Below are positions 27,436 through 33,977 of a stretch of 40,201 nt of DNA, one piece after another. Made by a program: the position numbers and the translations under genes. The DNA is from a virus (taxonomy: Duplodnaviria > Heunggongvirae > Uroviricota > Caudoviricetes), in the IMG/VR virus record IMGVR_UViG_2744054909_000002, positions 1-40,201 of that record, one strand, 5' to 3'. The stretch's first letter is position 1. Every line of letters begins with the position of its first letter. The notes beneath the pieces are model-generated. The model did not search any database, was not told the origin of the DNA, and worked only from the letters and a program-made list of their open reading frames with translations.

Positions 27436-27669
27436 CTAATAAAACCAGTCGTCAGCGCTTTCCCAGGTATCCTGGAGGATTGATTCAATTTTCTTTTTAT
27501 CGTCCTTGTCACCACCAAAAACACTTAACCCATCGGCCCCGGCACGGCGGATTGTGAGCCTGCAATTGTCATAGTGATCATTCAGGCGCTTAAGCAGTTC
27601 TTTCTCCAGTGCTGGTACTGCGCCTTTAGGAAGTTCTTTCATGCGATCAATGGTTAATTCAACTTTCAT
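27436..27669 (-). CDS. DinI-like protein
   Basis: MKVELTIDRMKELPKGAV..ILQDTWESADDWF matches DinI pattern (..ETWESADDWF) as recalled; ATG 27669 with SD. Confidence 0.75.
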   Translation of the reverse strand: MKVELTIDRMKELPKGAVPALEKELLKRLNDHYDNCRLTIRRAGADGLSVFGGDKDDKKKIESILQDTWESADDWFY

Positions 27670-27770
27670 AATGGCCCCCATTGCATTTACTGTGTTTTTA
27701 TACAGTATACCTATGCGCGGAAATGATCAACGCTTTAAGAGCACAAATTGTTAATTTTCTGTCAGTAGTA

Positions 27771-27797
27771 AAAAAAGAAAACCCGCCGTAGCGGGTT
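27771..27797 (-). terminator. Rho-independent terminator (minus strand)
   Basis: Stem aacccgc/gcgggtt with loop cgta, followed on minus strand by UUCUUUUUUU. Confidence 0.6.
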
Positions 27798-27814
27798 GAA
27801 TTAGCGATGTTTTA

Positions 27815-27955
27815 TTACGCCGCTATTTGTTTCTGCTGACAAAGCTCCTGTAGGTTAGCCCTAACCAGCGCCTCAGCGAGCTGATGATTGGACAGCATTA
27901 ACGCAATGGGTAATAGAAACCACAGAATGCACGAAATGGCGGTGGTATTCGCCAT
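27815..27955 (-). CDS. Possible 46-aa hydrophobic peptide; C-terminal 20 aa are paralogous to the methyltransferase-remnant C-terminus
   Basis: MANTTAISCILWFLLPIALMLSNHQLAEALVRANLQELCQQKQIAA; no clear SD, may be a recombination remnant rather than a gene. Confidence 0.25.
   Translation of the reverse strand: MANTTAISCILWFLLPIALMLSNHQLAEALVRANLQELCQQKQIAA
27830..27879. repeat. 50-bp direct repeat, copy A (44/50 identical to copy B)
   Basis: tttctgctgacaaagctcctgtaggttagccctaaccagcgcctcagcga. Confidence 0.8.
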
Positions 27956-28066
27956 CTGTGACAGGTTGAATATTGCTCGAATTGTATTGTTTGCACTTTA
28001 ACGTTTCTGTTGTAGTGCCGGATGCATGCCACCGTATGTTCAGGACGATGGCATGCATATTATGGA

Positions 28067-28303
28067 TTACGATTTATCCATTCCCAGGGGATTAGGGTGA
28101 ATTCCACTTACATGCCAGAACGCATGCTCTCTATTCAACTGATTTCCCTTTGGTATCAGGAAGCCATACGTCCCAGATTTAAAAGTGGCATGAGCGCAGA
28201 TTAGACTTTCTCCTTCAAAGCTATACTCAGTCCCTTCAGGGATTAGAGAGTCAGTCTTGATCAGGTGAACAGTTCCGTTGATAGGGATCATGTAATGGTG
28301 CAT
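28067..28303 (-). CDS. Hypothetical accessory protein (78 aa) with its own promoter
   Basis: AGGAG SD 6 nt before ATG; extended -10 promoter upstream; AT-rich insert between direct repeats. Confidence 0.55.
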   Translation of the reverse strand: MHHYMIPINGTVHLIKTDSLIPEGTEYSFEGESLICAHATFKSGTYGFLIPKGNQLNREHAFWHVSGIHPNPLGMDKS

Positions 28304-28332
28304 TTTAGGCTCCTCGTGTTGTGAAGAGCCTA

Positions 28333-28341
28333 ATTATATCA
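28333..28341 (-). promoter_or_regulatory. Extended -10 promoter element TGATATAAT (minus strand)
   Basis: Perfect TGnTATAAT about 30 nt upstream of the 78-aa ORF start; -35 weak. Confidence 0.45.
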
Positions 28342-28402
28342 GGTTTGAATCTACGTCATTGAAGTAGCAGGATTTGTTACACCATGTTCTGAAACTCGGA
28401 CA

Positions 28403-28585
28403 TTAAGCTGCGATCTCTTTCTGCTGACAAAGCTCCGGTAAATTAGCCCTCACCAGTGCCTCGGCGAATGGCGGCGGAACTGCGTTGCCACAACGCGCAA
28501 CCTGCTTGTCCTTCGCGTACTTCTGCCCCCGATAGTCCTGATCGATGATGTACCACTCTGGGAAGCCCTGCCAGTTTGGCGTTGT
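28403..28585 (-). pseudogene. 3' remnant of a DNA methyltransferase gene (C5-MTase-like motifs IX/X), lacking a start codon
   Basis: Open frame encodes ..WQGFPEWYIIDQDYRGQKYAKDKQVARCGNAVPPPFAEALV.. (QGFP-W and GNAVPP motifs); upstream in-frame stop; a separate short frame-1 ORF starts at 28643. Confidence 0.45.
28418..28467. repeat. 50-bp direct repeat, copy B
   Basis: tttctgctgacaaagctccggtaaattagccctcaccagtgcctcggcga. Confidence 0.8.
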
Positions 28586-28644
28586 TCAACCCTGGGTTGT
28601 TGCGCAGGGCTGCCAGCACCTGCTCACGGATTGTTATGTTCATG

Positions 28645-29334
28645 TCACACCATCCCGTTCGACTTGTTGCGGTTGTACTTGGCCAGCAGCAGCTGGATCG
28701 GCGTCGGCCCTTGCTCGGCAGCTGGTGCGGCAATAGCCCGGCGTACCGGCGGCACTGGCTTACCCTCGGTGACGCGCCTTTCCCACATGTCCAGCAGATC
28801 GCCTGCCTCGCGTGCCAGTTCACCATGCGTTAACTGGCGCTCGGTGCTGCGGTGGCGCAATTCTACGCAAATGTGGTACATGACCGGCTGCGACCATGGA
28901 AATTGCTCGCTGGAGATGAATTCGAACGAGCTGTTACGCCAGTCCCAGTATTCGGCGATCACCTGGTCAACGTTGACGCCCAGCGCGCCGCCGCTCTGCT
29001 TGCACCAGGCGACGAACTGGCCCGGCGACGGCAGGAATGGGCGCTCCTGGCGGCGGGCAATGCGCATGCCGGCATCGACCTGAGCCATGGTGTGGATCCC
29101 GTTCTCCTGAAACGCCAGCAGCCACTGACGGCGGAATTCGTTCAGGTCTTCCTGGGTGCGGAAGTTCGCCATGCTGGCCGGGAACGCGGCGCGCAGCTCG
29201 TTGAACAGCTTGTTGAATACCTGCGCCACCTGCTCGACCGGCGCGCACTCCTGGTACTGCTCTGGCAGGTTATGGGCCATGCGGCTCATCTGCTCGCGGT
29301 CGTGGTTACGCATCTGCTCTGCAAGAGATTTCAT
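28645..29334 (-). CDS. P: Replication protein P (helicase loader)
   Basis: Close match to lambda P N-terminal half as recalled (..DREQM.R.A.N.PEQY.., ..ARRQ.RPFLPSPGQFVAWC..). Confidence 0.85.
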   Translation of the reverse strand: MKSLAEQMRNHDREQMSRMAHNLPEQYQECAPVEQVAQVFNKLFNELRAAFPASMANFRTQEDLNEFRRQWLLAFQENGIHTMAQVDAGMRIARRQERPFLPSPGQFVAWCKQSGGALGVNVDQVIAEYWDWRNSSFEFISSEQFPWSQPVMYHICVELRHRSTERQLTHGELAREAGDLLDMWERRVTEGKPVPPVRRAIAAPAAEQGPTPIQLLLAKYNRNKSNGMV

Positions 29335-30239
29335 CGGATCACCCCATAGGCCCAGTCAGTGTTGTTGAAGTCCAGATCTGGCTTGACAGCGCGCTGCTCA
29401 CCTCCGGCGTTACGCTGCATTGTCAGCTTGTCCCACTGCTTACGCAGGCTTTCGGGACTCAGGATGTTGGTCTGCCAGAAGTGGTGTTTGCTAGCCCAGT
29501 CATACAGCGCGCAGATGTCCTGGTGCGACCGGTCGTCTATCTGGCGCATCAGGCGAACAGTGTTAGACCAGGAGGTCATGTCCGGGGCTTTGCAGGTTGG
29601 GTTAATCAGCTTCACCCTGGAGGAAATCCACTTAGCTGTCTCGAGGTCTTCAGCAGAGCCCCACTTCGCACCGGATGGTGTGTAGACCGCAGCTTCAGGA
29701 TGAGTTGATAAAAATTTCTTCAGACGTGCGTCAGAGGATTCGTCAGAATTCTCGGACGAAGATCTTTTAATACTGTTCTTGTTCTTGTATTGGGTGTCTA
29801 CCGTTTTCGGGAAGGTTATTCCTGATTTCGGGAAGGATTTTCCCGTTTTCGGGAATTTTCTTCCCGTTTCCGGTTTGTCTAAAATCCATGCTGAAAGGTC
29901 AGTGTTTACACCGACGATTTTCATCATGCCCTGCTTCTGTGAAAAGATGATTTTGCGTTCTGCGAGAGACTTAAGCGCGTCCGATACATGCGTATCGCTC
30001 AGGCCCGTAAGCTCGGCAATAACCGTATTTGTCACGCGGTCCTGTTTCTTGTTCCAGCCGTAGGTAAGCCAGATCACCGCCTCAAAACATTGCCATTCCC
30101 GGCCTGACAGTCTCAGGCGAGGCTTAAGCTGTTGGATCTCGTTAGCGACCTTGGTATACCCGTTCGACAGGTCGGCCATACGACCTCCCGGTTGTTCGGT
30201 TTTATTTGGGAAATTGATTATTTCAGCGGTGTTTGACAT
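29331..30239 (-). CDS. O: Replication initiator protein O
   Basis: N-terminus MSNTAEIINF and C-terminus ..KPDLDFNNTDWAYGV resemble lambda O; internal FPKTGKSFPKSG repeats encoded by iterons. Confidence 0.85.
   Translation of the reverse strand: MSNTAEIINFPNKTEQPGGRMADLSNGYTKVANEIQQLKPRLRLSGREWQCFEAVIWLTYGWNKKQDRVTNTVIAELTGLSDTHVSDALKSLAERKIIFSQKQGMMKIVGVNTDLSAWILDKPETGRKFPKTGKSFPKSGITFPKTVDTQYKNKNSIKRSSSENSDESSDARLKKFLSTHPEAAVYTPSGAKWGSAEDLETAKWISSRVKLINPTCKAPDMTSWSNTVRLMRQIDDRSHQDICALYDWASKHHFWQTNILSPESLRKQWDKLTMQRNAGGEQRAVKPDLDFNNTDWAYGVIR
29801..29880. repeat. Replication origin iterons: four repeats (consensus ccgttTTCGGGAAgg) at 20-21 bp spacing inside O, with adjacent AT-rich tract at 29760-29800
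   Basis: Repeat cores at 29808, 29829, 29849, 29869; arrangement as ori-lambda inside the O gene. Confidence 0.65.
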
Positions 30240-30323
30240 ACTGTTCTCCGCAATTACGCACTGTTTTTGCACCTGAAAGCCGTTGGTGTTCGAGCACCGC
30301 GGCTTTCGCCATTTTTGAACCGG

Positions 30324-30863
30324 TCATATAGCCCCCAGCATAATCTGCACCATTTCCATCAACGGACCGGTTAACCCAGGGTCAACGCGATACATCTCCA
30401 CGATCCCCTCGCTCAACTCTTTCAGCTTCTGATGACGTGGCGCATCCATTGCGACAGCAATCTTCGCTTCGCTGGTTTCCTTCTCCAGCCTTGCCAGACG
30501 AGCCATTACGTTGTCTTCTGGTAGCAGACGATTGCGGTATTCAATCGGCAGGACAGCGAGGATTGCCGGAGTCAGCTGGCGAACGTTTTCGCGGTACCGT
30601 TCGCTGTTGAAATGGTTATCCAGAAAGCGGAAAAGCTTCTGACGCTGTCGGCTGAGGTCATCAGGGAAAGTGATCTCGTCTCCCCCTTGAGCCTGGTACT
30701 CTTCGATGATCAGAGCAGAAACGACATCCTGACCATCTACACCCGCCCACGCACGAACGGCATCGCGGATCTGGTCATGTTTATCTACCGAGACAGGTTG
30801 ATTGCGATTTATCATCGCAGCCGTTTGATATCCGCTATTTTGATGAAGTGATAGTGACTGCAT
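30324..30863 (-). CDS. YdaT-like protein (CII-position regulator)
   Basis: Position between cro-like gene and O; motif QLTPAILAVLP resembles Rac YdaT as recalled. Confidence 0.4.
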   Translation of the reverse strand: MQSLSLHQNSGYQTAAMINRNQPVSVDKHDQIRDAVRAWAGVDGQDVVSALIIEEYQAQGGDEITFPDDLSRQRQKLFRFLDNHFNSERYRENVRQLTPAILAVLPIEYRNRLLPEDNVMARLARLEKETSEAKIAVAMDAPRHQKLKELSEGIVEMYRVDPGLTGPLMEMVQIMLGAI

Positions 30864-30865
30864 GG

Positions 30866-31099
30866 TTATGCCCTCGCTTCCTGAGCCGGTAATCCATCCG
30901 TAGGGTTGAGGTACAAATCAGGGCGTAACTCATGTGGAGTTACACCTGTAGCATTGAAAATAGGAATGACACGGTTAGCCGGTACGAATCCATTGTCACG
31001 GTGACGCCAGTGACTGACCGTCATTGGGGATACATTGAGCTTTTCTGCTAAACGGGTTGCACCCCCTACGATGCATATTGCTTTATCAAGTGCTTTCAT
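30866..31099 (-). CDS. Cro-like HTH regulator (YdaS-like)
   Basis: 77 aa, HTH GGATRLAEKLNVSPMTVSHW; divergent from repressor; track ORF has spurious upstream extension. Confidence 0.65.
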   Translation of the reverse strand: MKALDKAICIVGGATRLAEKLNVSPMTVSHWRHRDNGFVPANRVIPIFNATGVTPHELRPDLYLNPTDGLPAQEARA

Positions 31100-31126
31100 A
31101 TTTGGCTCCAAGTAATAACGAACCAA

Positions 31127-31194
31127 ATTAAACATTATGTTTATGTTCAAGTCAACATTATGAATGTTGAGGCGATAAACTTTTAGTTTAGAAT
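31127..31194. promoter_or_regulatory. Divergent PR-like and PRM-like promoters with operator palindrome
   Basis: Minus strand TTGACT (31155..31150) -17- TTTAAT (31132..31127) for cro-like gene; plus strand TTGAGG (31167-31172) -16- TAGAAT (31189-31194) for repressor; palindrome tcaacatt-atg-aatgttga at 31152-31170. Confidence 0.5.
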
Positions 31195-31202
31195 CTTGAT
31201 AT

Positions 31203-31598
31203 ATGAGAAAAAACACACACCAAACAGATAACCCGCAGGTTCGGCGGTTAAATGAAATCATCGAGAAGAAGCGCATATCCAAAGCGGATATAGCGAGAAT
31301 CTGTGGTGTGAGCGCACAATCAGTCAACAACTGGTTTGTCAGAGGAGCGATAGGAAAAAGCTCAGCAATAAAACTTGCCGATGCGCTAGGCGTAAGTCTT
31401 GAGTGGGTTCTAGGTCAGGACGTGGATGCTAAGGACGGTTTGAGACACGACGAACGGAGACTGTTGGAACTCTATAATCAACTCCCAAACGAAGAAGAAC
31501 AACAGAACATGTTGCGGATCGTATCTCTACGGTTGAAAGAACTCGATGAACTGTACGCCAAGTACATGGGACGGCGGATTAAGGGGGATGGTGAGTAG
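31203..31598 (+). CDS. Phage repressor (XRE-family HTH, no peptidase domain; RacR/P2 C-like)
   Basis: HTH KADIARICGVSAQSVNNW; divergent from cro-like gene; no SD, ATG about 9 nt downstream of the -10, so probably leaderless like lambda cI. Confidence 0.75.
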   Translation: MRKNTHQTDNPQVRRLNEIIEKKRISKADIARICGVSAQSVNNWFVRGAIGKSSAIKLADALGVSLEWVLGQDVDAKDGLRHDERRLLELYNQLPNEEEQQNMLRIVSLRLKELDELYAKYMGRRIKGDGE

Positions 31599-31709
31599 CA
31601 CGGTAGTTAAAAGCTACTTACCCCTCAGATGTTTCTGTACCAATGGGATACATCTTAACGATATGCAAAATTCACTTACCAGTTAATTATCATTATATTG
31701 AGAGCTGAG

Positions 31710-32033
31710 ATGGGCGAACAGGTTGAAGAAGAAAAAAGTCAGGAAAGTGTCAATACAACAGCATTGACGCTATCAATATCAAGACAAGAATTTCGAGATT
31801 ATTTTCAACGCCTCGAAGAAAAACATGGCGAGATGGCCTGTCCGCTTTGTAAGCATACGCTTTGGGGAGTTCCTCCACGAGAAGATAGTCAAGACTATCC
31901 TGCAATAATTACCCTTCCTCTACCTCATTCAGCTGGCCGAGGTATATGGGCATTCCCTGTTATATGTGTAGAATGTGGTTTCATTGCCACATTTGCTGCT
32001 AACCGAGTATCACTAAAGGTTCGAGAGGGATAA
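31710..32033 (+). CDS. Cassette gene A: small zinc-ribbon protein (CPLC..CVEC), unknown function
   Basis: ATG 31710; two CxxC pairs about 45 aa apart; AT-rich; stop 2 nt before gene B start. Confidence 0.5.
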   Translation: MGEQVEEEKSQESVNTTALTLSISRQEFRDYFQRLEEKHGEMACPLCKHTLWGVPPREDSQDYPAIITLPLPHSAGRGIWAFPVICVECGFIATFAANRVSLKVREG

Positions 32034-32035
32034 CA

Positions 32036-32419
32036 GTGGCTGCAGTTTGCTTAGATCATCAATCAAGCTCAATTATTTCGATTGATCGGGTTGAAGTATT
32101 TGAGACCTTCCCAAAAATCGAAAATCATGTTGGCGATATTCCTTACACACTTGATGAATCCAGGATATTGTTGCTAAGGAACAGTGTTTCACATCCTGAT
32201 AGCTGTGTTGGGCTGAAAGCATTTTCTGTCGCGCTAATAGTGATGCTAGGTGTTATAGTGTGGTTAACAGGAGGTAAGGTTATGTACTATATCCCTCTTT
32301 ACGCAGCACTCATACCAGTAGCTTATTGGTTAGTTAAGATTGGATTTGCGTATTATGTAGTCAAAACACAAAAGTTACATGTTGACTCGAAATCGTTCTC
32401 GGGAAAAAATCATGGCTAA
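32036..32419 (+). CDS. Cassette gene B: small membrane protein (2 predicted TM), GTG start; internal in-frame ATG 32282 with perfect SD
   Basis: GAGGGA SD before GTG; hydrophobic segments AFSVALIVMLGVIVWL and YIPLYAALIPVAYWLVKIGFAYYVV; AGGAGGT at 32269-32275. Confidence 0.5.
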   Translation: MAAVCLDHQSSSIISIDRVEVFETFPKIENHVGDIPYTLDESRILLLRNSVSHPDSCVGLKAFSVALIVMLGVIVWLTGGKVMYYIPLYAALIPVAYWLVKIGFAYYVVKTQKLHVDSKSFSGKNHG

Positions 32420-32837
32420 CGATAACGTTAAAAATGTAGCTAAAAATGGACTACCTTTTCTAATTGTCTCCCTCATATGTGGTTATGCTACAGATGCTAT
32501 TCCTATCTTCTTTCCTGACGGTGAGTTTCGTGATTGGGCCTACAGATCTGTTCCTTTTCTGTCTTTGATTCTTCTTTTTGTAATCAAAACGTTAAAGGAT
32601 TTTGGTGGAATGTCATTTACAGGTCTGTTATTTACAATATGCTCAAGCCGAGAAAAGAAAAGGCTAAAGATCATTATGGATGACAATCACGCTAGTGATG
32701 CGACCATGCAAGCAGCAAAAAAACGTTATGACGAAATATTACGAAAAGAACTCGAGTTAAGCTCAAGGTTGCTGACCTACATTTCTCAGTGGTCGATCTT
32801 TAAGAAAGCACCGACCCCCCCATCATCTGTTGAATAA
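32412..32837 (+). CDS. Cassette gene C: membrane protein (2-3 predicted TM) with charged C-terminal tail
   Basis: ATG overlaps B stop (ATGGCTAA); hydrophobic segments LPFLIVSLICGYATDAIPIFF, VPFLSLILLFVIKTL, FTGLLFTIC. Confidence 0.55.
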   Translation: MANDNVKNVAKNGLPFLIVSLICGYATDAIPIFFPDGEFRDWAYRSVPFLSLILLFVIKTLKDFGGMSFTGLLFTICSSREKKRLKIIMDDNHASDATMQAAKKRYDEILRKELELSSRLLTYISQWSIFKKAPTPPSSVE

Positions 32838-32843
32838 AGCAAT

Positions 32844-32872
32844 AACCCAGTTACCGAACTGGGTTTTTTATT
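32844..32872. terminator. Strong rho-independent terminator (bidirectional candidate)
   Basis: Perfect 9-bp stem aacccagtt/aactgggtt with loop accg, then TTTTTTATT on plus strand; sits between convergent genes. Confidence 0.7.
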
Positions 32873-33074
32873 GCCCTTTTCTCACCATAGCAACCGCATC
32901 CCGCAATACCCACTTGTGAATGACGTTTCCCACTACCCTGCGCTTAGCCTCTAGACTATCCACAATCGCATCGCGGCTGATCACAATCCCGTTAGCTATC
33001 AGACTGACAACTGCGCCACCAATCTCCCCCGCAATAAACGCTGCGCGGTCTTCTTCCAGTTCGTCACGATCCAT
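32868..33074 (-). CDS. Hypothetical small protein (68 aa)
   Basis: GAGGG SD 6 nt before ATG; opposite strand between cassette terminator and PL-like promoter. Confidence 0.45.
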   Translation of the reverse strand: MDRDELEEDRAAFIAGEIGGAVVSLIANGIVISRDAIVDSLEAKRRVVGNVIHKWVLRDAVAMVRKGQ

Positions 33075-33186
33075 AACTCACCCTCATCGATTTTTTTATA
33101 ACCACAAAATAGACCACAAAACATACTACTCGTGCCAACGAGCGCAACCAACTAAACTTTTTGTTTATATAAAAACACTCATTATG

Positions 33187-33215
33187 TTGACACGCAAATA
33201 AACATTGTGTTTAAT
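33187..33215 (+). promoter_or_regulatory. PL-like early promoter for the recombination operon
   Basis: TTGACA (33187-33192) -17- TTTAAT (33210-33215); overlapping aacat-type operator-like motifs. Confidence 0.5.
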
Positions 33216-33458
33216 TACTCCATCAACACAACCACCAAAGCAGGACGCCCACGAAGAAGCCGTCCGGGGCATACGAAGACCGGAATGAGGTGGTGAGATT
33301 AACGCGCAGTAGGTTTGAAACGTTCCGCCAGCCTGGCGACAAGGGCAAAGCACAGAGTGAGCTTCGCGGTGGTGAATTGCAGAGTTAAAACGCTCAACCG
33401 TGAAGATCAGCGCCGCGGCACCACCAGCGAAGTTCACTCAGAAAAACTGGAGAACATC

Positions 33459-33665
33459 ATGGTTCATCAGCACTACGGTACACAGACAGTAAACCGCGGC
33501 GCAGTTCAGCCGGGGATGCTCGTCAAACACAAAGATTCAACCTGGACGGCATCAGCTAACGCTCGCGGACGTTTGTATCTGCATCGCGGCGTAGAAATGA
33601 CTTACACCAAGGATTTGCTGGTTGAAGTTTATCTGAACGGTCTGGGGCATGGACTCAGCCACTAG
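33459..33665 (+). CDS. Hypothetical small protein (68 aa), first gene of rightward early operon
   Basis: GGAG SD 7 nt before ATG 33459; track ORF start is an upstream TTG. Confidence 0.45.
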   Translation: MVHQHYGTQTVNRGAVQPGMLVKHKDSTWTASANARGRLYLHRGVEMTYTKDLLVEVYLNGLGHGLSH

Positions 33666-33675
33666 CGGAGGATGT

Positions 33676-33843
33676 CATGTTAGACAAGAAATGCGGATAT
33701 TGCGGCAAGCCGGTTAAAACGGAGGAAGTAATCAAGAGCACCCTTCTCTATCGCAACGGCTCACAGCTGGCGCGCAAAGAAAAAGAGTATTGCTCCAAAC
33801 GTTGCGCTTCGCACGACCAGATGGCTCACGAAGGCTAACGTAA
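33676..33843 (+). CDS. Small zinc-ribbon-like ORF, apparently frameshifted at an A6 tract
   Basis: GGAGG SD 5 nt before ATG; N-terminal CGYCGK; second Cys pair (CSKRC) is in the +1 frame after aaaaaa at 33779-33784. Confidence 0.35.
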
Positions 33844-33977
33844 AACCCGCGCAAGGCGGGATCTACGTCCGGTGGTACCGACCAAAGTTACACCGGAAAC
33901 AACATTAAAACCAAAGTTAACCCAATGGGCGCTATCAATGGTCCGGGGATTCTAACACCCAAAAATGAGGATCTCAC

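Noticed and set aside
28443-28826. 127-aa minus-strand ORF overlapping the 3' end of P
   Set aside because: It is a different frame of the P gene plus a short downstream ORF starting at ATG 28643; the part overlapping P is Cys/Arg/Trp-rich and not protein-like.
29801-29880. Short tandem repeats considered as a CRISPR-like array
   Set aside because: Only four about 20-bp units with no unique spacers, located inside the O reading frame; they are ori iterons.
31203-31598. Repressor as a LexA/cI-type autocleaving repressor
   Set aside because: No Ala-Gly cleavage site or Ser/Lys peptidase motifs in the 131-aa protein; it looks like a short HTH-only repressor, so induction probably uses an antirepressor or another route.
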